Of a stretch of 64,000 bases of DNA, positions 56,727 to 64,000 are shown piece by piece; within the stretch, counting starts at the first letter, position 1; the number at the start of each line of letters is the position of its first letter. Source of the DNA: Verrucomicrobiia bacterium (lineage in GTDB: Bacteria; Verrucomicrobiota; Verrucomicrobiia; Palsa-1439); contig JBKQMH010000151.1 of the NCBI GenBank assembly GCA_052146795.1, positions 1,502 through 65,501 of the forward strand, in the 5' to 3' direction. The notes under the pieces were generated by a model. It worked only from the letters and a program-made list of their open reading frames with translations. It was not told the origin of the DNA and ran no database searches. The position numbers were made by a program, and so were the translations under genes.

Positions 56727-58930
56727 GGCTGTTCTCCGACGTTGGCGGGTTGCATCGCCGCTGGGGGCGGCGCGCCGGGCCGCCCGGTTTCGCGCGAGTG
56801 CAACCGCGATGCCATCGCATACACGATCAGCGCCAATAGCACCAACCCCAGACCGAAGAAGACGTAGCCGAACGAGCGGTGGATGCTCCGCCATTTCTGC
56901 CACTCGTCCTTGACGCGGTAATCGTCGAGATGCTTCTCGCCCTCGAGCCGGTCGTACCACCGCTTCCGCTCGTGCAGCATTTCCGTCTTCGAGATCCGGC
57001 CGGAGAAAATCACCGTGTCCATCGGGAATTTTTCCAGCCGGAAGTGCGTGTTGAAGAAGTGGAACGTGAAGATGAACCCGGCCGCCAGCAACGCCTCGTC
57101 GGAATGGATGATGAGCGCGATATTGATGACCCAGCCCGGCATGAACCGCGTGAAGAACTGCGGAAACCACATGACCAGCCCCGACAGCCCGATGGCGAAA
57201 ACTCCCCAAAATACCGCCAGGTAGTCGAACTTCTCCCAGTACGTCCACCGGTCAAACTGCGGCCGCGGTCCGTTGCCGAAGAACCATTTCTGGTGCGCGA
57301 TGAAATCCCGCCAGTCCTGCAGTGTGATCAGCATCGAGTCGGGACCGAACACGACCTTCAGCGCCCGTTTCAATTGGAACTTGCCGGTTTGCGGGTCGCG
57401 GAAACCCGGTCGCCGCGCCCAGATCGTGTTCAGCAACTCGATCACGTGCAGCGAAAAACAGACGAACAGGACGAACGCCGCAAAGTGATGGAACGTCCGC
57501 GCCACCGCCGCCCCGCCCAAGAGGTTGAAAATGCTCTTGGCCCAGTCCGTGTAATAGAATTTCAACGGCATCCCGGTCATGACCAGCAACAGGAAACTGG
57601 TCACGAGCATGAAGTGCAGCATCCGCTCGAACGGCAGGAACCGCGTGAACCATTCGTCGCCAGTTTGCGCGCTGATTTTGGCTTCGCGGAACGATTTCGA
57701 GTCGTGGCGATACAGGTAGCCGGAGCGGAAAAACCAGAACACCGTGTGCACCCCGAACACGCCAAACGTCCCGATCAACAGCGAGGTCATCACCATAAAC
57801 GTCAGGTGCAACGCCGGATAATGCTTCGCGTCCAGCGGATTGGCGTGCGGGATGTACTTGGTAAAACTGACGGTTGCCTTGGCGTGACATTGCCGGCAGG
57901 TCTCAACGATGTGCGCGGGCGACAAACGCGACTGCGGATCGGAGGGCGGCAGGATGTCGTGATACCCGTGACAATCGTAACAGGCGGCCACCTCGGGTGC
58001 GACGTTCGGTTTTCCCAGTGCCATCGCCTTGCCGTGGTAGGTCTCACGATAGTAGGCGAGCCGGTCTTTATGACACCCGCCGCACCGCTCATCGCTCATC
58101 AGTTTCTTGAAATCCCCGCCCTCGGGCGACTCGATTTGGTGCGCCGTGTGGCAATCACTGCAGACCGGAGCCCGCGGGTCGCCCTTGGCGAGCAATTGGC
58201 CGTGGATGCTGCTCTCGTACACCTTTTCCACACTGACGTGACACTTCCCGCACGTCTTGGCGATATTGGCATGATTGATCGGGGAACTGCGATCAACCGC
58301 CCGCTTGATGGTGTGGACGCCGTGGCAATCATTGCAGGACGGCGCGACGATCAGCCCCATTTTTAACAAGGCCCGCCCGTGGATGCTCTCGGCGTATTGC
58401 ACCGGCGCCTCCGGGTACTTCATGCGGTACTCGCTCGTCAGCCCGGGGTTGCTGTGGCATTTCGCGCAGGTGTGCGGAAGATTCAGTTTGAAGACCGGCG
58501 AATCCGGGTTTTTGACAGCCAGAATGTCGTGGGTGCCGTGGCAGTCCTTGCACGTCGGCGCACCTGACGCTCCCATCGCGCGGCTCACCCCGTGGATGCT
58601 GGTGGCGTACTCCTTGCCAACGACCTCGTGGCAACCCGCGCAGGATACCGACGGCGGGTTCGCGTCATGCGGCAATTCCGTAATGCCCGTATGACAACTC
58701 GTACAGAGGTTCTTGCCGTGGATGGACGCCGCGAATTGCTGATCGTCCACAAACAGCGAAACCGCCTGGCCGGCGGCGTTCGTCTTGACGAGCGACTTGT
58801 CGGAGTGGCAGGCGAAACAGTCAGCGTTGTCGATGGCCCGTGCGCGCGCCACGGGCCACAAACACAGACTCAGCAGGCACACCCATGCTGCCCGCCATTT
58901 GTTACGACCTCGCATAACTGTGGTACCCAC
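56723..58930 (-). CDS. Undecahaem cytochrome c fused to dihaem-b-type membrane domain (CbcL-like), copy 2
   Basis: Signal peptide. 11 CxxCH, colinear with copy 1 (both begin IDNxDCFACHSD). C-terminal polytopic His-rich domain. Start at 58930 or 58915. Confidence 0.8.
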   Translation of the reverse strand: MGTTVMRGRNKWRAAWVCLLSLCLWPVARARAIDNADCFACHSDKSLVKTNAAGQAVSLFVDDQQFAASIHGKNLCTSCHTGITELPHDANPPSVSCAGCHEVVGKEYATSIHGVSRAMGASGAPTCKDCHGTHDILAVKNPDSPVFKLNLPHTCAKCHSNPGLTSEYRMKYPEAPVQYAESIHGRALLKMGLIVAPSCNDCHGVHTIKRAVDRSSPINHANIAKTCGKCHVSVEKVYESSIHGQLLAKGDPRAPVCSDCHTAHQIESPEGGDFKKLMSDERCGGCHKDRLAYYRETYHGKAMALGKPNVAPEVAACYDCHGYHDILPPSDPQSRLSPAHIVETCRQCHAKATVSFTKYIPHANPLDAKHYPALHLTFMVMTSLLIGTFGVFGVHTVFWFFRSGYLYRHDSKSFREAKISAQTGDEWFTRFLPFERMLHFMLVTSFLLLVMTGMPLKFYYTDWAKSIFNLLGGAAVARTFHHFAAFVLFVCFSLHVIELLNTIWARRPGFRDPQTGKFQLKRALKVVFGPDSMLITLQDWRDFIAHQKWFFGNGPRPQFDRWTYWEKFDYLAVFWGVFAIGLSGLVMWFPQFFTRFMPGWVINIALIIHSDEALLAAGFIFTFHFFNTHFRLEKFPMDTVIFSGRISKTEMLHERKRWYDRLEGEKHLDDYRVKDEWQKWRSIHRSFGYVFFGLGLVLLALIVYAMASRLHSRETGRPGAPPPAAMQPANVGEQP

Positions 58931-59699
58931 TCAGCAGGAAGTTCACGCCGTAGTAGGTGAAAATGACCGAGGCAAAGCCGACGATCGAAATCCAGGCGGC
59001 GCGTTTGCCTTTCCAGCCCCGCATGAAGCGGCAGTGCAGGAATACGGCGTAGATGAACCACGTGATCAGCGACCAGGTTTCCTTCGGGTCCCAGCTCCAG
59101 TACGTGCCCCACGCGGAATTCGCCCAGACCGCGCCCGAGATGATGCCGACCGTCAGAAACAGAAAACCAAACGAGATGGTCTTGGCCGTCGCGGCATCCA
59201 GTGCCTCGGTAATGTCGGCTTGTGCCTTGCTGCCAGTGCGCGACGCGATCAAATAGCCAGCGCCCGTCAGCGCGGCGACAGCAAACCCGCCGTAGCCGAG
59301 GAAGGCTGTGAACACATGGAAGGTAAGCCAGTTACTGCGGAGCGCCGGCATGAGGGGTTGGATTTTCGTCTCAAACGTGCTCGCGTACGCCAGCGTGACC
59401 ACCGCCAGCAACGCAGTCGCCGCGCCGAGGACGGGGATGCGGTGGCGAACCTGCAGGGCGAGATACACGACCACTATCGCCCACGTAAACAGCACCATCG
59501 ATTCGAACATGTTGCTGAACGGCGCCCGACCGGCTGCGAACCAGCGCACGGCCATGTACACCGTTTGCGCCGCCACGCCCGCCGCGAGGAACACGGTCGC
59601 GCTCGAGGCGAACCATCCCTTTTTCGAGAACAGGTTAGCTGCCGAGAACAGTAGCGCCGTGAGATACCCAGCCAGGCTGAGATTGAATGCCCACGCCAT
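58902..59699 (-). CDS. ccsA: Cytochrome c biogenesis protein CcsA (system II)
   Basis: WGxxWxWD-type tryptophan-rich motif (AWGTYWSWDPKETWSLITW), 8 TM. The annotated start overlaps the hemA 3' end by 65 nt, so the true start may be downstream. Confidence 0.8.
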   Translation of the reverse strand: MAWAFNLSLAGYLTALLFSAANLFSKKGWFASSATVFLAAGVAAQTVYMAVRWFAAGRAPFSNMFESMVLFTWAIVVVYLALQVRHRIPVLGAATALLAVVTLAYASTFETKIQPLMPALRSNWLTFHVFTAFLGYGGFAVAALTGAGYLIASRTGSKAQADITEALDAATAKTISFGFLFLTVGIISGAVWANSAWGTYWSWDPKETWSLITWFIYAVFLHCRFMRGWKGKRAAWISIVGFASVIFTYYGVNFLLSGYHSYARS

Positions 59700-60720
59700 A
59701 GAGCCGCTCCTTTTCGAGGTTAAGTTTGGTCATCAAGGCCATCGCCCGCGTATTGACGATCTGGTCGCAGGCGGCCAGTTCCTGCTCTCGCGACCGCACG
59801 TTTTCACGCACGAGCGATTCGAGGTCGTCGATGTTGTAGAGGTACACGCCGTCGAGGCGTTGCACGTCGGGGTCGACGTTGCGCGGAACAGAAATATCGA
59901 TGAGGAACAACGGGCGGTTGCGCCGGTGTTTCATCAACGCCTCCACGTCGGCCCGATGCAATAGCGTTTTCGGGCAGCCCGTCGAGGCGACGACAATGTC
60001 GGCATCGGCCATCGCGGACAGGCAGGATTCAAACTGCACCGCCTGCCCGCCGAATTCGTTCGCCAGTTCGACGGCACGGTCGAAGGAACGGTTGGAGACG
60101 AGGATGGATCGGGCGCCCTTCTTGGCAAGGTGGCGGACGCAGGCTTCGCCCATCTGGCCCGCGCCGATAATGATCACGGTTTGCTTCGACAGGTCATGGC
60201 GGAAAATCTTTTCGGCCAATTCGACCGCCACGCTGCCCACGGAGGTCGCGCCGCGCCCGATGCTTGTGCGAGCGCGGATTTCCTTGGCTGCCTGAAAGGT
60301 TTTTTGGAAAACGCGGTTCAGCACGCGGCCAGTCAGCCGTGCCTCTTGGGCAATGTCATAGGCTTTTTTCACCTGGCCGGTGATTTCCGTCTCACCGATC
60401 ACCATCGAGTCGAGCCCGCCCGCAACGCGAAACAGGTGGCGCAGCGCCCCGACATCTTCATGTACGTACACGTGCGAGCCGTAATCACGCGGTTCCGCGC
60501 TGAGCAATCGGAAGAGTGAATCGATGCGGCCGGTCACCCGCGCTGTCGTGCCGTAAATCTCCACACGATTACAGGTCGAGAGCAGGACGATTTCATCCAG
60601 GTCGCCGCAAATCTTCAAGCGGCATGCCTGGCAGACCAACTTGGACGGTTTGACCGCGAGTTGCTCGCGCAATTCGACCGGCGCCGTCTTGTAGCTCACT
60701 CCCGCCACAAAGAGTGTCAT
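59635..60720 (-). CDS. hemA: Glutamyl-tRNA reductase
   Basis: TCNRVEIY catalytic motif, GAGQMGE NADPH-binding. 361 aa, so the C-terminal dimerisation region is shorter than typical. Confidence 0.85.
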   Translation of the reverse strand: MTLFVAGVSYKTAPVELREQLAVKPSKLVCQACRLKICGDLDEIVLLSTCNRVEIYGTTARVTGRIDSLFRLLSAEPRDYGSHVYVHEDVGALRHLFRVAGGLDSMVIGETEITGQVKKAYDIAQEARLTGRVLNRVFQKTFQAAKEIRARTSIGRGATSVGSVAVELAEKIFRHDLSKQTVIIIGAGQMGEACVRHLAKKGARSILVSNRSFDRAVELANEFGGQAVQFESCLSAMADADIVVASTGCPKTLLHRADVEALMKHRRNRPLFLIDISVPRNVDPDVQRLDGVYLYNIDDLESLVRENVRSREQELAACDQIVNTRAMALMTKLNLEKERLYGVGIQSQPGWVSHGATVLGS

Positions 60721-61931
60721 GACGATTTCCTCCGGGAGTCGAACCAGGGATTGAGGTAGAAGACGATGAACAGTCCGGCGATCATCAAGGCGAACCCGGA
60801 GTAAACGACCGCGACGCCGGGATCCTTCACCACTTGGAGTGACGTGTAGGACAAATCCTCGGGGTTATAGCCGGATTGGTAGAAGGTGTAGCCCTTGTAC
60901 GAAAACGGGCTGTTGACCTCGACGACACGGTGACCAACGACTGACTCGCCCTCGATCAATTCCAGCGTGCTCTTGAACGATTTGATTGGGCCCGCGGGCA
61001 TTGCCTTTTGCGTCACCGCGCCGCGACTCTCGTACACCATTTCCAACGGGCTTGGGCCGGAGGACTGGCTGTCCTTCGTGTGCATGTCAAAGTCCGGAAA
61101 CCTGGCAAACAGCCAGCGATGGTTCTGGTAGGTCGAGCCGTTGACCGCCACGAGGATCGCAGGATTGCGCGGTTCGTTGGACCGGCTGGTGACCTCGCGT
61201 GTCTGCATATCGACGACGAAGTCGGGTAGATACTTCAGGATCGTGATCTTGAATTCGCCGAACGCCTGCTCCACGCCCACCTTGACCGGCAATGTGGCCT
61301 CGAGTTTTTTCTCCGGCCACGAAACCTGCAGTCCGTCCCCGCCATTCTCATTCTTGGCTTGCGCTTCGCGACCAACACCTGCACCAGATTGGTCGTAGGT
61401 CTCGATTTCGAACTTCGTGAGGTGAATCGCAAACGGCAGTGGCTTGGCGCTGTTCTCGGTTACGACCTGGGCGTTGGTCTCGCCCTCGCGAAGCTCGATA
61501 TAGCCCTTCTCGCCCCAGACGCCCCGGATCACACCGCCCGTCAGGATCAGGAGTATGCTGATATGTGTGAGCATCGAGCCGAAAGCGCGGTAGCGCGCGT
61601 AACCGCTGGTCCGCCGCACGGTGGCAAACCGCGGCGAGCTGCATACCGCCACGGTCGCGGCGAGCGTGCCGAGCAAACCGATAAACCATACCGAATAGAA
61701 AACGTGCGTCAGCCCCAGCTTGCCAAGCAAATCCATGCGCCCGGCAGCATCGGGATTGTGACGAATGTATTTCGCCACATCCGCTCCCTGTGGGATCAGC
61801 GTGCCGGCGACGCAGGCGACCGCGATGATGACGACGACTGTGACCGCAAACTTTACCGAGGCCAATCGATCCACTAGCGAGGCAGTGAGGCGTTTCTCCG
61901 GCGTATCAAACCTGTTTGTAGCTTTAGCCAT
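60717..61931 (-). CDS. resB: Cytochrome c biogenesis protein ResB/CcsB (system II)
   Basis: N-terminal TM, large periplasmic domain, C-terminal TM pair. 4-nt overlap with hemA. Confidence 0.8.
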   Translation of the reverse strand: MAKATNRFDTPEKRLTASLVDRLASVKFAVTVVVIIAVACVAGTLIPQGADVAKYIRHNPDAAGRMDLLGKLGLTHVFYSVWFIGLLGTLAATVAVCSSPRFATVRRTSGYARYRAFGSMLTHISILLILTGGVIRGVWGEKGYIELREGETNAQVVTENSAKPLPFAIHLTKFEIETYDQSGAGVGREAQAKNENGGDGLQVSWPEKKLEATLPVKVGVEQAFGEFKITILKYLPDFVVDMQTREVTSRSNEPRNPAILVAVNGSTYQNHRWLFARFPDFDMHTKDSQSSGPSPLEMVYESRGAVTQKAMPAGPIKSFKSTLELIEGESVVGHRVVEVNSPFSYKGYTFYQSGYNPEDLSYTSLQVVKDPGVAVVYSGFALMIAGLFIVFYLNPWFDSRRKSS

Positions 61932-61961
61932 GGTGATCTAATCGATACAGCCTGCGGTTTA

Positions 61962-61976
61962 GCAGTGGCCTTGCCA
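61962..61976 (-). promoter_or_regulatory. Candidate sigma-54 promoter, minus strand reads TGGCAAGGCCACTGC
   Basis: 13/15 identical to the element at 45310..45324, 31 nt upstream of the resB ATG. Confidence 0.45.
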
Positions 61977-62134
61977 GCAAGTCGCAACAAACCAACAGAA
62001 CTTTTGCAACAAGCTGATTGACAGGGCATTGCGGTGCGCGAAATCACGCACACACGGAATATGGCGAACCTGATAGGAGCGACAGATTGGCGGGAAGGAA
62101 CCATTTCTTGACAGCTTGTCATCCAGTCAGGAAA

Positions 62135-62172
62135 CGAAAAACGCCGCGCGAGATCGTTCTCTCGCGCGGCGT
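62135..62172 (-). terminator. Rho-independent terminator for the tetrahaem-c gene
   Basis: Perfect GC-rich inverted repeat CGCCGCGCGAGA-tcgt-TCTCGCGCGGCG, followed on the minus transcript by UUUUUC. Confidence 0.7.
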
Positions 62173-62194
62173 TGGCGATTCAATCGCGACTCGG

Positions 62195-62800
62195 CTAGTG
62201 CTTCACTTTCGGGTCGGGATGCGCGATCTTCGCGAACGCTTGCTCGTAATCGAAGCCGACCTTCTTACCGTCCTTGGTTGTGTAGCGGTCAGGCTTCCAA
62301 GTCGGGTTCTGATCGTTGTGGCACATCTCGCAGCTCTTCGACGCGGGATAAACCAATCCGGCTTCAATGGCTTTCGCATGGTCTTCCATCGTGCTTTTCG
62401 CCATGTATTTTTTCCCCGGGCCGTGACACGACTCGCAGGTGACGCTATCTTCGGGTTTGATCTTTTCAGTGGCGGCTGCTTCGGTGAAATTGTACGCGGT
62501 CGAGTGACATCTCAGGCATTTCCCGCTGGTCTGCGGATTGTCAACGCCGACTTTGGCGCCGGCAGCCTTGGCCTCGGGCGTCCCAAGCAATTCGAACGCT
62601 TTGGCATGAGGGCTGGCCTGCCATTTGCCATACGCGTTGCCGCCGTCCTCGGATTTGTGGCAGATGCTGCACATTTTGGCGCCAACATAGTTGGCCGCGT
62701 CGCGTTCGGCAGCGAAACTGCCGCGTGTGCTCACCAATGCCGCGGCGAGCATGAATCCCCCTGCTAAAACGAATCGTTGTCTCATCATCGCATCCCCCAT
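62195..62800 (-). CDS. Tetrahaem cytochrome c (periplasmic)
   Basis: Signal peptide; CSICH, CLRCH, CESCH, CEMCH. Confidence 0.8.
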   Translation of the reverse strand: MGDAMMRQRFVLAGGFMLAAALVSTRGSFAAERDAANYVGAKMCSICHKSEDGGNAYGKWQASPHAKAFELLGTPEAKAAGAKVGVDNPQTSGKCLRCHSTAYNFTEAAATEKIKPEDSVTCESCHGPGKKYMAKSTMEDHAKAIEAGLVYPASKSCEMCHNDQNPTWKPDRYTTKDGKKVGFDYEQAFAKIAHPDPKVKH

Positions 62801-63025
62801 AGATAGATTGTCGTACAGATGTATGTTAACAACTTACGTGCCATTCATTGTGACCACAATCGCAACAACCTTCAAGCAAGAATGTTCGGTTGCGCACTGA
62901 ATTGGGTCAGGACTCGTGTCCCATCCATGGATGCGCGATTTCGCGCCCCCCGGTGCGCGATTTGGCGCAGCGATTGTCGTTAGCCCCGTGCTGCGGCCTG
63001 CGGTGGTTCCCCGCCCCACGTCACG

Positions 63026-64000
63026 TCAATGCTGCGTCTGCGCCGGGAGCTCGTGTGGCACACCGTAGACGTCGAAGTGATACTGACGACCGTGAAAGGT
63101 GACGGTGCTCTCCGAGAGATGACCGATGACGCCAAACACCACCGCCAACACCACGGCAACCACGCCAATCGTCACGGCGATGGGCCGTTTCTTCGGATTG
63201 CGTTCGGGGCTGCGATCGAGGAACGGCCAGAGCAGCAGCAACACCTGGGGAATCAACGAGACAAACAGCCCGAACGTCTTCGGGAAGTATTTCAACAACT
63301 GATAGGTCGAGAGAAAATACCATTCCGGCTTGATGCCTTCGGGCGTCGTGAATGGGTCGGCTTTCTCGCCGAGTTCGACGGGCCAAAGCACCACGAGCGT
63401 CACGAGGATGCCGATCAATACGCAGAATACCACGCCCTCTTTGAGGACGTGATTGGGGAAGAACGGGATGCCGTTCGCTTGGTCGATGGGTTTTTCTTCG
63501 CCCACGCGCTCCAGCGTGGCCAATCCCTGCACCCGCATCAGAACCAGGTGCGTCGCCAGCAGCATCGTCAACACCCACGGCAGCACGACCACATGCAGCA
63601 CGTAAAACCGCGCCAGCGTTTCGCCCGTCACGCCTTCGCCGCCGCGCAGCAACACCTTGAGATATTGGCCCGCCACCGGAATCGCCCCGGTGATCTCCGT
63701 GCCAACGGTCGTGGCCCAATAGGAGAGCTGGTTCCACGGCAGCAAGTAGCCGGTGAAACCGAACGTCACAGTACAGCCGACGATGAATACGCCGAGCACC
63801 CACGTCAGCTCACGCGGTTTCTTGTACGCTCCCATGAAAAACGTGCGCATCATGTGCACCAGCACACAGAGAATCATCAACGTCGCGCCCCACGCGTGCA
63901 GCCCGCGGATCAGCCAGCCAAAGTGGGCCTTGGTCATGATGTAGCGCACGCTCTCGAACGCCGTGTTCGTGGTCGGGCGGTAGTAGATCATCAGCAAAAT
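63026..64000 (-). CDS. Cytochrome b (fused b6/subunit-IV type) of a bc-type complex, 5' end beyond window
   Basis: His-bearing helices (WLIRGLHAWGATLM, HVVVLPWV) and C-terminal subunit-IV-like PEWYFL motif. N-terminus truncated by the window edge. Confidence 0.8.
   Translation of the reverse strand: MLLMIYYRPTTNTAFESVRYIMTKAHFGWLIRGLHAWGATLMILCVLVHMMRTFFMGAYKKPRELTWVLGVFIVGCTVTFGFTGYLLPWNQLSYWATTVGTEITGAIPVAGQYLKVLLRGGEGVTGETLARFYVLHVVVLPWVLTMLLATHLVLMRVQGLATLERVGEEKPIDQANGIPFFPNHVLKEGVVFCVLIGILVTLVVLWPVELGEKADPFTTPEGIKPEWYFLSTYQLLKYFPKTFGLFVSLIPQVLLLLWPFLDRSPERNPKKRPIAVTIGVVAVVLAVVFGVIGHLSESTVTFHGRQYHFDVYGVPHELPAQTQH

Noticed and set aside
54756-57248. 830-aa and 530-aa (48533..50125) and 777-aa (33068..35401) N-terminally extended track ORFs
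   Set aside because: Extensions precede proper signal peptides or conserved N-termini and overlap upstream genes. Starts were reset to 56726, 49819 and 35074 respectively.

Overview
This 64-kb window comes from a high-GC (roughly 60-65%) Gram-negative bacterium and contains no integrase or transposase. It reads as three blocks.

(1) 0.5-6.6 kb: a cell-envelope glycan-modification cluster (FGE/sulfatase-modifying-factor-domain protein, Kdo/WaaP-type LPS kinase, zinc-ribbon SAM methyltransferase, two divergent GT2 glycosyltransferases, a sulfotransferase-like protein) that ends at a tRNA with anticodon CAU.

(2) 6.6-28.2 kb: a repeat-rich accessory patch. It holds two tandem paralogous TMTC-like proteins (N-terminal polytopic domain plus C-terminal TPR array), PKD-domain and Sel1-repeat secreted proteins, small membrane or secreted hypotheticals, two dispersed intergenic repeat families, and a pseudogenised TPR 3' fragment. 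It also holds a cusRS-like two-component system driving an RND heavy-metal-type efflux operon with an embedded RraA-like gene, two paralogous lipoproteins, and an OprO/OprP-like porin preceded by an 11-bp-phased Pho-box-like repeat array.

(3) 28.7-64 kb: a large haem/iron respiratory supercluster, apparently for extracellular electron transfer. It contains a paralogous pair of polytopic membrane proteins, one fused to a dihaem cytochrome c. A 1.6-kb low-GC cassette (EEP-family nuclease/phosphatase plus unknown protein) flanked by 11-bp direct repeats sits next to feoAB. There are two NirJ/AhbC/AhbD-like radical-SAM/SPASM enzymes and a third Cys-rich protein. A porin-cytochrome-type conduit (nonahaem surface cytochrome, periplasmic hepta/octahaem, large beta-barrel) lies under a sigma-54-like promoter. 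A sigma-54 two-component system follows, whose kinase carries a periplasmic CxxCH haem-c sensor. Then comes a 10.4-kb co-directional array of two CbcL-like undecahaem-c/dihaem-b fusions followed by two tandem copies of an octahaem-c / 4x[4Fe-4S] Tat protein / NrfD-like membrane module. The block finishes with ccsA-hemA-resB, a tetrahaem c and a fused cytochrome b that runs off the window edge.

Many long antisense ORFs in the track are GC-frame artefacts and were rejected. The most interesting loci are the tandemly duplicated Cbc-like array, the membrane dihaem pair with its uORF, the low-GC EEP cassette, and a shared sigma-54-like promoter motif found three times upstream of haem and cytochrome genes.
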